DNA from: Raillietiella orientalis
Lineage: Eukaryota
Length of the DNA: 64,000 nucleotides
Direction: 5' to 3'
Assembly (NCBI GenBank): GCA_036172245.1
Contig: JAYWIR010000009.1
Span: forward strand, 2,170,001-2,234,000
Of the stretch, positions 37,721 to 49,259 are shown piece by piece; within the stretch, counting starts at the first letter, position 1, and each line of letters starts with the position of its first letter. The notes beneath the pieces were generated by a model, which was not told where the DNA came from, made no database searches, and saw only the letters and a program-made list of their open reading frames with translations. The position numbers and the translations under genes are program-made.

Positions 37721-39477
37721 GGTTCCATGAAGACACAGTTGATATCTTGAACCCCTCAAACAGGATCAGAGAGACTAAAAGATGCTTTAATTCGTGTCCA
37801 CAGAGCCGTGCTCCGACATTTTAGCGAAAACTAAGTTAGTTGCTCCTCCAGTCCATTCCGGTGCTCAGACTACTGAGTCCGTAAAAAGACAACAAATCAT
37901 GTGTTTTCACCAGAAAAACAATACTCAAGACATTACTGGAGATCTCTAAGAACGCTTAGTATTCTTATTCTTCCATACTGAGAAACCACTAAAATCAGTT
38001 CGAAAAGTATCATCATCGTTTCTTTCGGAAATGTCTGGATTTGCTCCATTTAGATAGAAAGCACCAGTTCTTCATACATCCAGTAGATACTACCTAGGAA
38101 TTTGAAGTTTGTCTCCTCTTTGCCTTTGCAATATAGACTTGCATTCTCAAATTATTACTGTCCATTAACTTAAGCTCCAGCTCTGCCACTTGTTCATCTA
38201 GTATCTGAATGCTGTTATTAATTATTTGAGTCTGAGTTCATTCCCAAGATGAGTTCATTGCCAACGTGCCTTCTGCCTAACGAATTGTGAAAACTAAATC
38301 GTTGATTATAAACATAATACAAACAATTTTATCATTATTTTCGATGTTGGCGATACTATCTTTTTACTATTTATTCACTGCCCTCGACCCATTCTTTTAA
38401 AGTCAATCAATTTGTAAATCTAATCAAACTTATTCCTAAACTCATTCTATTTTTAGATTTTTTTGATTACTTTCAAATCTTCAGTTATAGATCAGTCCAC
38501 ATCCTTTCCAAATAAATTTAACTTTTGTGGTGAATCCCAACTACGTACGGTTTTCATGCCTCAGTCCTTATCCACGAAAATTATCAAAATATCCGATTTT
38601 TGTATGGCAACACCAAAGGTTGCTTAAAAACTTACTTTCTTCTCATCCTGTTTCCATCGAATTTCATCATTTCCCTCAGAACATGATTCTTAATAATGCT
38701 CTCCTATTTGCTCATCTAAGGGGACTCGTTGCAAGATTTGTCTGGGAAGCCTGCAGGGAATCTTTCCTATGAATGTTACTTTGGCATTTGATGTGGGCGG
38801 CTGATCAGGTGATCGCTGACTCCATCCACTTTTTCTGAGACTTTTTGTTTTATTCGTCTACTGAGTCTCGCTGTTCTCTTCAGGTGCATTCCAGTTCTTT
38901 TTACTTGAAGTTTAGAGTGCATTTCATGGAAAGGAGGAGGGTGCTTTCATTCCTCGATCATGTATCATATTCTTTTTCCGTGTAGCAACCACTTCATTAC
39001 GGTTTGATTTAAACTGCTGACAATTTTGAACGTATCACCCCGACGTGGTGGGCATTTGAAAAACACCACCCAAATATTCATGCCACCAGTTCCCAGCAGC
39101 GCCTTACTCGTACATAATTTGTGCAGGGTGATAATTATCTACAGTATTAGATAATGGGCAATCTGCAAAAATCAATGCATGCTACCATTTGTTGGCAAAC
39201 AGATGCACTAATGCAAAATTTTTCCCTCGTTCAAGCAGATGTAAACTCTGTATTTTCTTTTTTTGTAATTTGAGATTTCATTCATTCTCCGCTCACGATT
39301 TCAGCGGTGCATACACCTGTGGAGGTGCTGCTGATATTCAAGTTTTCCTTTCGATGCAGATTAGATAAAAGCATAAACAAAACGAGACAAAACGATTTTG
39401 CACGCAGTAAAGCGGAGGATTTGAAATCCACAGGGAAAAAGTTGCATGCACACTCGTCACAGCTTCAAAAAGTGTCG

Positions 39478-40585
39478 ATGAATCTATTTGGATCTGGCAA
39501 GAAAAATGAGCCAAAAGGTATGCCAAAGGAATTTGCAATGTTTTTTGCTGAAAGTAAATTCAAGAGAGAAAGTAGAAAGTGAAGTGTGTGAACCGATTCG
39601 CAATTGTTTTATGTTCATTTTGGGTGTCATCCCCTATCGCCATTTTGTTTACGAGGATTTTCGAATAGATTTCAATACTTTCTCGTGTTACGAATGCACC
39701 CTTTCAAGTCCCGATGCAGCCTTTTCTCAACCATAAAGTAAATCCGTACGGTGCATTTGATTTGTTCGTTTGATGAAAGAAATAATTTCTCACATGATGC
39801 ATCAGTTGTCATGGAATAACGAGTCTGCTGGTTTGTCAGTCTGTTATTTCAAAGCTGTTTTCAGATCAGGTACATCAAAATGTGCGGCAGATACGGCAGA
39901 TCAACCACAGCATCGACAGAGAAATAAAAAGGCTTGAGCGTGAAGAGAGACAAACGGTAAGGAGTCGGGTGGCATGCAAGAATTACAGGAAAATCACAGG
40001 TGCTTGAAATAAAAAAATTGGTTCAGCAAGGAAATAAATATGCATGTGCAAACTTGGCCAAGGAGTTGGTAAAACTTCGAAAGAAAAAGCAGCAGTTGCA
40101 GAACATGATCAACAAAGTTGGATCCTAATTAATTTGCACCATCTATTAATCTGGCTTAGGTGTCTGCAGTAGGTACCCATGCAAGAATGACAGGAGCCAA
40201 CTCAAAGCTACTGACAGCCATGACATCTACTAGCAGCACCATAGCAGCTATGAATCAACAAGTGGATCCAGGCAAAATGAGCAGCCGCTTGCAGAAGTTT
40301 AGCGAAGAAACCAGCAAGCTGGATCTGGTAGATGAATTAGGTAGGTCAGAATCTCATGGATGGGTAGAATGCTCTGGAATAGTTGGTGATACCCTCGAGA
40401 ATGTGTTTGCACACTCTGATGAAGAGGAAGAAACTCAAGCTGTGGTTGATCAAGTGCTGGATGAAATTGGAATCCATATTTCTCAACAGGTGGCTGATGC
40501 TCCATCTGCCACTTGTTCTAAAGTGGAAGAGGACAAAACAAAGTTGGAAGAAAAACTGCAAACATTGCATATTCATGGTACATGA
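39478..40585 (+). CDS. CHMP2B: ESCRT-III subunit CHMP2B/Vps2B, 5 exons, 210 aa
   Basis: Exons 39478-39517, 39865-39956, 40000-40116, 40160-40340, 40383-40585 (GT-AG, total 633 nt). Translation LEIKKLVQQGNKYACANLAKELVKLRK ... DTLENVF.HSDEEEETQAVVDQVLDEIGI.IS..VADAPSA matches Snf7-family CHMP2B. Confidence 0.93.
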
Positions 40586-40596
40586 CATACACAAGT

Positions 40597-41767
40597 TTAT
40601 TTGAGGCCAATAATTAGCTGTACTTCATGCCAAGTGTTACTGGCTATTGCACTCGCTTCCACAGCTCCTTTATGTAGTATGTTTTCCAGGTATCCTGCAT
40701 CCTCAATTAAGTGTAGTGCTTTGCTGCGTATAGGAGCAAGCACCTGTTCAACTGCTTCAGCCACACATATTTTATACTGTGCTGTGGTGAGCAAGCGGTT
40801 CTGGTAACATATTTCCTCCACTGACATGTCAGTACATAAGCTGTGCAATTGAATCAGATTAGAAACTCCAGGCCGTTTATCGGGGTCAAAAGTCACACTG
40901 GAATCAAAATCTGTGATGGCTTTTTTGCATTTCTCCAGAATAGTTTCATAGGAATCTAGTAGCTCAATGCAACTCTTCTTATCTGGATCACTTTTTGACA
41001 TCTTCTTAGCTGGATTCCGCAGACTTTTCAAGCGACTTGTTGCTTCTGCAAACAGTGCAATCTTTACTGCTTCCAATCCAGATAACCATACCGAGCAAAA
41101 TGGGTTGAGGCTGCGGGAAAAACTGACACTTAAAGAGGAAATTGAAGCGCCGTGCCAGGTTCTGGGCTAACTGAATATGTGGCAGCTGATCTTCACCTAC
41201 TGGGACCTGCTGAGCCCTAATTGAAAAACATGATGACAGTAGGCATAAAGTATCCTACTTGTAGAGAAGGATATCAGCACTTTGCAGGACAGGATAGATA
41301 AACAATCCTAAAGGGATTTCAGGAAGCTTGGCAGCCTTTTCCTTGTACTGAGGAAGTTGCCCAAGGCGTGGCAGATTGGTTAGACAACTCAGCACCCATC
41401 CTAGCAAAGTGTGCTCTGGCACCTGGGAAAGCTGATCGATGCTTATGTTGATTACTTACCATGGACTGTAGAAACAAGTGACTTTTCTGTGGGTCTACTC
41501 CAGAAGCAAGCAAGCAGGCTGCTGTTAATAAGATGTTTTTTCTCAGTTGCTCTGGATTCTGCACACACTAATCTTGGATGGAAACTTGTTTTGTGATACC
41601 TGCTGTGTAGTGATGGCATGCAAATCCACAATGCTTAAAAAAATTTGCATTTTGCCTGGAGCATCACACTGGTATTTCACCAGATTTTTTATGGCACAAA
41701 AATAATTTCCTAAATGCACACAACCAGTTGGTTGGAATCCAGAGAACATGCGGTTGATGCAACTCAT
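40597..41767 (-). CDS. WARS2: Mitochondrial/bacterial-type tryptophanyl-tRNA synthetase, 5 exons, 334 aa
   Basis: Exons 41767-41600, 41558-41460, 41422-41259, 41216-41092, 41045-40597 (GT-AG, total 1005 nt). Motifs FSGFQPTG..HLGNY, IVDLHAIT, YPVLQSADILLYK, VPVGEDQ, KMSKS, RPGVSNL. Confidence 0.96.
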
Positions 41768-43099
41768 TGTTTATCATTATAACATGATGCAAAATATTCC
41801 TGCAAATGTATGCATAATCTGTTAAATGCTTCAGATTATAGATTTTATCTTCCTTTATTCAGTGATTTCCACAACTCACTCCCCATGAAACGATAGGACT
41901 CTTTAAGCTGTAATTTTACAAAATTGTATGATTCTCTCTGATGAGCAAGGAAGCTGGTCTAATGGCATGTTTGACAAAATGTTTGCCGACATGCTTTGCA
42001 GCCATGAAACTAACTGGCCAACTTTTGGTGTACACGACTCAATTAATTATGAATCTCAACTGCTGGATGTAACATGAATAAAAGATACACCCTTAGTCTT
42101 AAGGCTCATAGTTTTCCAAATTTGCATTCACAGCTTATTCAAAATTGCATTTCTTAGTTTATCCTTGTAAGAAGGAAAAAAAGTTTCCAGACAACATATT
42201 TCGAAAAACATTGTGTCGTGAAGGATGGCAAATTTAAAATTTCTCAGGGGGTTTCGATATCTCAGCCAGCCCTTTCCGATTTCTGCAACCATTAAAGCCA
42301 TGCACCTCGCACCGCGCCCAACGCAACTGTTGCCACCACCCTCCTGAACACCGACAAATGCAAGCAGTTACAAATTGAATAGCTGCAAGCAAAGAAGTGT
42401 CTTTTCGTGAGCATCACAACAAGTGTGATTCTGGAGAGCATTTTAAGAGTATTTTTCGAATTGTAGCACGAATCTTTAAAAAGTATTTTACGAACTGGCA
42501 AAAAATCTTCAAAAATAACTGGCATTCATATGGAGAGACGGGCAAAATTTCCTACCGAACGCAAGAAAGAAGTGTTCAAAAAAAAAAAGCACGAATGTTT
42601 GAAATCAAATAATAAAGGAAATCATTATGGACGAGAGGAATACGAGGATGAAGTTTTAATGATCCATGTTTCGTGATAAATTTCCTATCACAGATACCCA
42701 AAACTAATGCCAGCTCACAAAGGGATGTTACTATTACAGAGTTTCCTTGTTAAATCGACCATTTTCAGCTGTTTAAGAGCTTCGGAGCATACTGTTTTCT
42801 CAAATACATGCACACTCCATTTTTGATAGTCACTACCAAAAATTTTCATGATTTTATGTATTTCAAAGAAATTTGAGAAAAGAGAAGGAGGCAAAGAATA
42901 CTCACGAAGTAAACATCCGAGAGAAACCTGAAGTTATGGATAGATCTACAAAATAAACGAACGCTTTGTAAAGTCTGGAAAAAAGAAAAAGGATGGTAGA
43001 ACGTGATTATAAGTTCAATATATGCAAAGATAAAGATTCACTTCATTTCTAAAATCGAAATACGTTCAGAACTTCAGAACTTGCCGAACTTCATCCTCG

Positions 43100-44121
43100 T
43101 AGAGGATGAAGTTCAACAAGGAGAATGGGAAACGTTTAGCGTCCTTCCTATCAAGGAATCCTAACATTCGTTTGAAGCTTTCCTTAGACATTTTTCAACA
43201 TTTATTACACACCCTGAAGAGCAAGAGGAGACCGACACATGTAGATTCTTGGTTAGTGTTAGTCTTGAAAATTGGACAATGTGGAACTTGCCCAAGATTT
43301 TTCTCAGACTCATCAGTCAACAAGCTCATGACGTATGACTTGAATTATGAGGTGGAACCTGAGAACTCTAAGGTTTTTCCTTTTCGACATTTTGCGCTGT
43401 CAAAGTGTGACTCACTCTTTTGCAGCATGTTTCTCAATAAAATGGAGTTTCCTAGACCAGGAAACCACTTCGTAAACTCATAGCTTGTGGAATAGGCAGG
43501 GAACGAAAAGCAGTTCGGTTTGTTGTTAATAGATGACTCTGTGCATGCACACTATATCTCAGACGCGTACGAACTAGACTGGATGAAACCCTGGTATGAC
43601 TAACTCGTATTAACTTCCGGTAAACAAAAATTCAATTCAGTCCGCATGGTTGCGAGGTTTCTTGAAATTGCCGGTGGCTTGGATTATTCGTGCATGAGCT
43701 GCACATTGGAAGTTATTTTGTTAGCTCAAGGTGATGAATTTATGCAGCCGCCTTTCGAAAAAGGCCAAGTGCATCGGGCGGATTACGGGGTCATCAAGTC
43801 GTCGTTGTTCAAAAAATGGAACCCTCATGATGTGCGTGAGTGTTCTGTGAAGTTTAACATCCTTCATTCACGGATCCATCCGTTCCTTCCACTCGTCGAA
43901 AGTCATGAGCGAGCTCACGGCTTTTGTGTCCTGGGGAAACTGGGATCTCATTTACTTCCGTCCGTAAACGCACGGTGCTGGTCAGGATTGTGCATTGCAC
44001 TACTTCTTACAAAGATGCCCGTGATGCTTTCCAAAAGCACTATCGGAAAACCTTTCAAGACTTCATTCGAAAACAATTAAAAGTGGAAAAAAAGAGGAGA
44101 CAGTGGACAGTTGACATGTAA
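43100..44121 (+). pseudogene. Decayed spliced gene, possibly PARP1-like BRCT/WGR region
   Basis: Coding-like blocks in several frames with stops. LPLVESHERAHGFCVLGKLG and TSYKDARDAFQKHYRKT loosely resemble the WGR domain (LQLLE......ifrsWGRVG; ps.edA.e.F.k.y.eKT). Confidence 0.3.
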
Positions 44122-44625
44122 AAATAAGCTGCACGATCCATCGAATGCTATCCTCACCTTCAGTTCTCATGGTAGTAGGTCACGTAGTAGCTCATTACTT
44201 TGACACTATACCATTCCCTTAATTGCTTTCCTTCTGGAGGATTCCAAGGTTTGGGAAGCATGAATTTCGAATTTACGCGGATGGATGGAAGACAAAAGGG
44301 AACTAGCTGAACCCTCAGAAGAACGCAATTAAGCTCCTGGACGCTCGCCAGATCGTTCGGAACTGGGGCGGCGGGAGACCCCACGCAGCTCAACAGGTCT
44401 TCTCGAAATTGGCTCGCGGTTCGGGAGGAATCATGGAAACCACTGACAGGGAAAGCAGGCCCGCGATCGAGGCGGACCTTGCACGGCCTAGAAAAAATCA
44501 GCGGCTGGCGGACGTCGACAACTGAGATGCAGGAAGCAAGAATAGGTCTGAATCACAGAAAAGTGGTTCCAGAGAAGACAAGAGACAACTATAAAGCATC
44601 TGTCACGAGATGCGGCCATTGCAGT

Positions 44626-45440
44626 GCCCGTGTCGGAGGCCGTGTGGTTACGGTGGTCTCCGCGCATGGCACCACCATGCTGCGCGGGTTCGAATACTCC
44701 GAACTGAATCGACGCAGAGCGTCGTGGGCTCCGAGGTCACCCCACAAGGTCGTGGCTAGTCGACCTACATTCATCCGGGTGCGGCACTGGTAGCGGTTCA
44801 AACCGGGATTTCAAACTTATCCAGCAATATTTTTTTTATTCCATGTAATATGATGAGGACCGCGACAAATGGGAGTCGACCTCCGGGTCCTTCCAGGAAT
44901 CGATGAGTGGAGAGTTCCCCTCCGGTTGTGAAGGAGCTGACTTCTCATTCCGGGTGGGGACTCCTCCGCGTCGTACTGATGGAGTAGGTGTGTCGCCACC
45001 ACCTCTCCAGGGAGTGCAGAGAAGCGAACCGATCCCTTCGGGAAAGCTGCGTCCTTCTGAATTTCGAAAGCGTCCCTCCTGGGTTCTCTTCAGAGGAGTA
45101 AACAGGCGCGAATCCCTTGCGGGGGATCCCTCCGGAGAAGAAATTCCAGGATCGGTTCCTTTCCGGGTTCCCTTCAGAGAAGAAAGAATGGAGCGGACTC
45201 CTCCAAGTGTCTCCTCGGAGAGAATAAGCCAGGAGGATTCCCTTCTGGATTCCCCTTCCTAGACAACCAGGGTGGAGGTGATCTCCATTTCCGGGGATCC
45301 CTCCCCAGGCGTGAGAGGAACGGACTCCGAGTCCTTCCTGGATTCATAGGGCGGACCCCTCCCGGGGTACCCCCTATCTTGAAGAACTACCCACCCTCAG
45401 GTGGCGTGGAACCGTGTCGAAGAACTGCGAAGACAGAAAA
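44626..45440 (+). mobile_element. Near full-length tRNA-headed SINE (reference copy)
   Basis: A-box-like AGGCCGTGTGG (44637-44647, followed by TTACGG) and B-box GGTTCGAATAC (44687-44697), then ~700 nt of tail shared with five other loci in the window. Confidence 0.7.
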
Positions 45441-46849
45441 GAAGGATTTCCATCATCCTAAGCCAACAGTAATGACTGCGGTGGGGAACAGAAGTGTTCA
45501 CTTACAAGAAGGGGGGGAAGGGCAAGTTTTTCCGGGAGGGCACTTAAAACTTGTGCGGCCGTCGGAGTGATCCCTTGACCTGTATGCTGGACGTATGCAA
45601 GAATCACGGTACACCGTTACTTTTTGAAAAAGGATTCTTGTTTTTCGATTAAATAAGCTATTCCACTTCCAGTTGGGACTCAATCTATTTGGAAAGCTAC
45701 CCAACTTTTGTTCGAGACAAACATAAGTACTCGGCATGAACTCCTCAGTTGGATCACCTTCATTGCAGGCAAAGTTTGAAAAAAAAAAAAAAAAATTGCC
45801 ACCATACAAGACCTTTTCAGGGCCATCGATATCCTTGATTCGATTCTACTGAATCATTGTGCTGTTGGAATAAAGCAGTCAGGAGAAGAACGGTTCTATT
45901 CTTGTTTATGTGAGTTACATACGCATTCGGAGCCCGGAGAAGGAAGGTCTCAGATACCAAATGAAGTTCACAGATAGCTTTCCAACTGGAACCAGATTCA
46001 AGATGACGGTGAAACGAAGTTCATTATTGGTTATCTGTTGAGAACTTCTTGATAGAAAAGCTTCCATTTGCATGTGATGATGTGCACGTCGTGTCTTTCA
46101 CACATCTTTGTTCTCTCCGGCATCACATCGTCGGAAAGGCATCATCAGATTTTCTCTCCTTCCGGGGAAGAAATGTGGCCTTGCTTCCACGTGTCTTTTC
46201 GACAGCTCTTCTTCTTCTTTCTCGTCTTCTTTCTTCTTCTTTTGAGTCATCGTACGAATCCTTCCAAATCAGCATCCGTTTCCCAGAATAGGTGGAGTCA
46301 CTGAATAGTCCCAGGCTGCAGTGACTTGCCACGTGTGCGCGCGGCATCCAGCCAAATTCGAGTTTTCGGATCCATCGGGATGACCAGGCACCTGGACAGT
46401 CGAGCGGATTGTTGGAAATACAGCAACTCCTTCATGATATTCAAGACAACCCAGAGCATAGAAGACCCGGGAAGTCAGCTTCAAGCTCCTTGCAACACTT
46501 GAACTCTCTTCAGGCGAGAGTTTGGCAACACCTTTGTATGAGCGGAGCGGGCCAGCATACCAATGCTTGGGATGAAGAGCCCCAAACTAAGACAAGGGAG
46601 AGTAAAGGTGGTGAAAGCAGCACCTATCAGGGTTGAGCGGGGAAAGGGAGTTCCTCCTGCTACCTCAGCAAGTGGAAGGACCACTGCAGGGTGACTGAAA
46701 CATGGCGGAGGACGCGGAAGCAGCAACGACGAAGCAAGTGAGGCACCCGCGCCGTCGTCCTACACGACCGTAGCCTCCTCCCTGGCAACCGAGGCGTCCG
46801 TGGCAACCACAGAACAAGGCGGAATCGCCGGAATCGAAATGCCTGGAGA

Positions 46850-47400
46850 AGACGGCCCCACGAAGAACCTTGGTCCGGAACGACCAGAATGATCACTTCT
46901 CAACTTTCCCATGGGTGCCCTCAACCACAGTGCGGTGTGCGACATCTACGTGGCGACCCACGGAGCCGACTTCGAACGGATCAAAGCGGTCGTCCCGTTC
47001 GTCTCCGTCTACACCGGCGACCTCGTCAACAGCGATAAACGGGGTCCCGAACAAGCCGCGACGACGGCGTGCCAATTCGACGAAGTCGTCCTCCTCTAGG
47101 ACGAGGAGCATCGAGCGGCTGCTTCGGGGTCCAGGCCCTCGTGAGGCTGAGCGGATCCTGCCCTGGCTGCGCTCCTGGACCATATTTCCGAGAAGGTGCG
47201 AGTTGCCTACAAGGAGCAGCCCGTCTTCCGCCGCTCGCGAGTGGCGTCTGGCCGCCGTACTGCAGAGCGCCCCAGCGGCAGTTGCCAAAAGTGTGGGAAA
47301 GCGCGGCCATGTTGGAACGCTGCCGTTTTCGCAAACCGCCCCTGCGGCTGCGGTCTCAGAAAAAGGCCACAGTACAAAGTCCAGCATCATTACCCAGTTA
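46850..47400 (+). mobile_element. Degenerate L1/Tx1 ORF1 (gag-like zinc knuckle)
   Basis: VRVAYKEQP...VASGRR...CQKCGK/RGHV (one frameshift) fits the CxxCGKxGH knuckle of Tx1 ORF1. Confidence 0.5.
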
Positions 47401-48795
47401 AAAGCAGCGGTCATGGAGACGGCAGCAGAGGCCTCGGCAGTCCAGCCCCGAACCAGAGAGAAGCTGAGGGTCTTCTCGAAGATCAGCGAACGGGAAGACA
47501 GTCCTTCGTCGGTGAGGGCCACTGTCGAGACAAAGTTCCACGCCGTGGTCACCTCCGTCAGGCGAAGAATGGGAACGCGGTCGGATGGGCCGTTAGCAAG
47601 GTGCATCCTTTCCGACAAGGAGGACATCAGCAGCACCAGGAGAGACTTCCCGTCAGAACGTCGTGGCCGCTGTGCTTCCGGCGAGGTGCGTGCCACGTCA
47701 AAGCTCCTGAAAAAGAAGCGGAAGGTGTTCCAGTCCACGGTTTACGACAAGCAGACGTGAGGCGTCAAGTTTTCGCCGTCAGTGGAGGAGGCTGGGGTCG
47801 CGTGCCGAGAAGCATTCCCGTCTGGAGACCGGAGCTTCGAAGGGGATGTTCCTCCATTGGGATGTTCAAGGAAGGGGTACGTCCCAAGGGGTACGAAGAT
47901 ACGGCGTGTCCCCTGCGAGCACTCAGGTGGCAGAGGGGTGAGGGACAAAGCGATACGCGGTAGACATCTTCCAATCCCCTCGCCCCCTTCCACCTACCCA
48001 TCTCTGCCTGGCGGGAAAACCTGGACAAAGTTCAGTGTTGACAGGGGAGGGAGGGACTTTCCTGTCTGATTGCTGCTTGCTGGGGCTGAAAGAACGCGTG
48101 GGAGGGTTCCTGTCTTCTGATCAAGCTTTCCAGCTTCAGGGAATTCCTGCGACTGCGTGCTCCTTTCCTACTCACAGGCACCTGTCTTGTGAACAAGGAT
48201 AGTCCCCCAGAAGACTTGAAATGGTTAGACTTAGACTGGTTACTTGACGCTCACGGGAACGCTCATGCTAAGAGGACTTTGAAACTTCGTCCTCCAAGCA
48301 GACAGCTCTCCGACCGTTATCTTTATAATCAGCTTTGACAACCACGGTTTCGTCAAACCTATCCACGTGATTCTTTGCCTTCCAATGCTTGAGACCAGGA
48401 GGGCGGATGGGTTCAAGGAGAGAAGCTGGTAGCTAGAGTCCAGTGAGAACGATGGGAGGGGCGTCGGATTGACCACGCACACCCCGATCCGGTGGTACAG
48501 AATGCATGTGTGGACGGACACTGCACTCGCTGATTGCTGTTTACGGATGTGCGTCATGGTCCTTGAAGCCGCGCTGAGTTGAAAGCCATTTTAGGAAAGC
48601 ATTTTTGTTGAAAGCATTTTGTCGGCAGTATTCCTGCTCAGAAATTTTCGTTTTTTGTTTCCTTGTTTGTGGAAGAGTGAGCGTCCCTGCTCATGTGCTT
48701 CTTCCGAGCAACCGTCTTTCCCGCCAGTTCCCGCTCCCGAAACCTTCGCATTAAGGAAAGATTTTCTTTGACACGCCTGCACCTTGTTTTGGCTT

Positions 48796-49223
48796 GAATC
48801 CCGAAATCCTGAATGCCAAAATCCCGAAAGATCATAAGAAATAAAAACACGTACTTATTCTGCATAGTTTCATACGCAAACTTATTTTAATATGCATAGT
48901 TATCAACATATATGTTATTAACAGTAATGTTACTGGAGCAGATATATACTTTGCTTTATTAAGATTTATTAACATACATTTTATTAATAAAATTATTAAT
49001 TTGTTTATTGTATAGTTGATGTAGATAATAAAGATTATAAAACATATGTACATGTGCATACTGTACATCAATATTTATAGCTCATATACATGCATATGAA
49101 TATTACACATTTATATTCATATATATATATATATGATATAAATGTATGCATATAAATATGTATATACACACATATGTATAGAAATCTAAACACAGCACAA
49201 GCACACACACACACACACACACA

Positions 49224-49259
<36 letters not shown>

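Noticed and set aside
43285..43320. Hammerhead-like CTGATGA plus stem on the minus strand
   Set aside because: The required GAAA after stem II is absent (AAGT), and no stems I/III are evident.
44626..44710. Functional tRNA gene
   Set aside because: A/B boxes are present, but I could not fold a cloverleaf; copies diverge and are attached to a retro-tail.
44870..45440. HDV-like ribozyme or deltavirus-like sequence in the self-complementary tail
   Set aside because: No nested double-pseudoknot core or delta antigen motifs could be identified.
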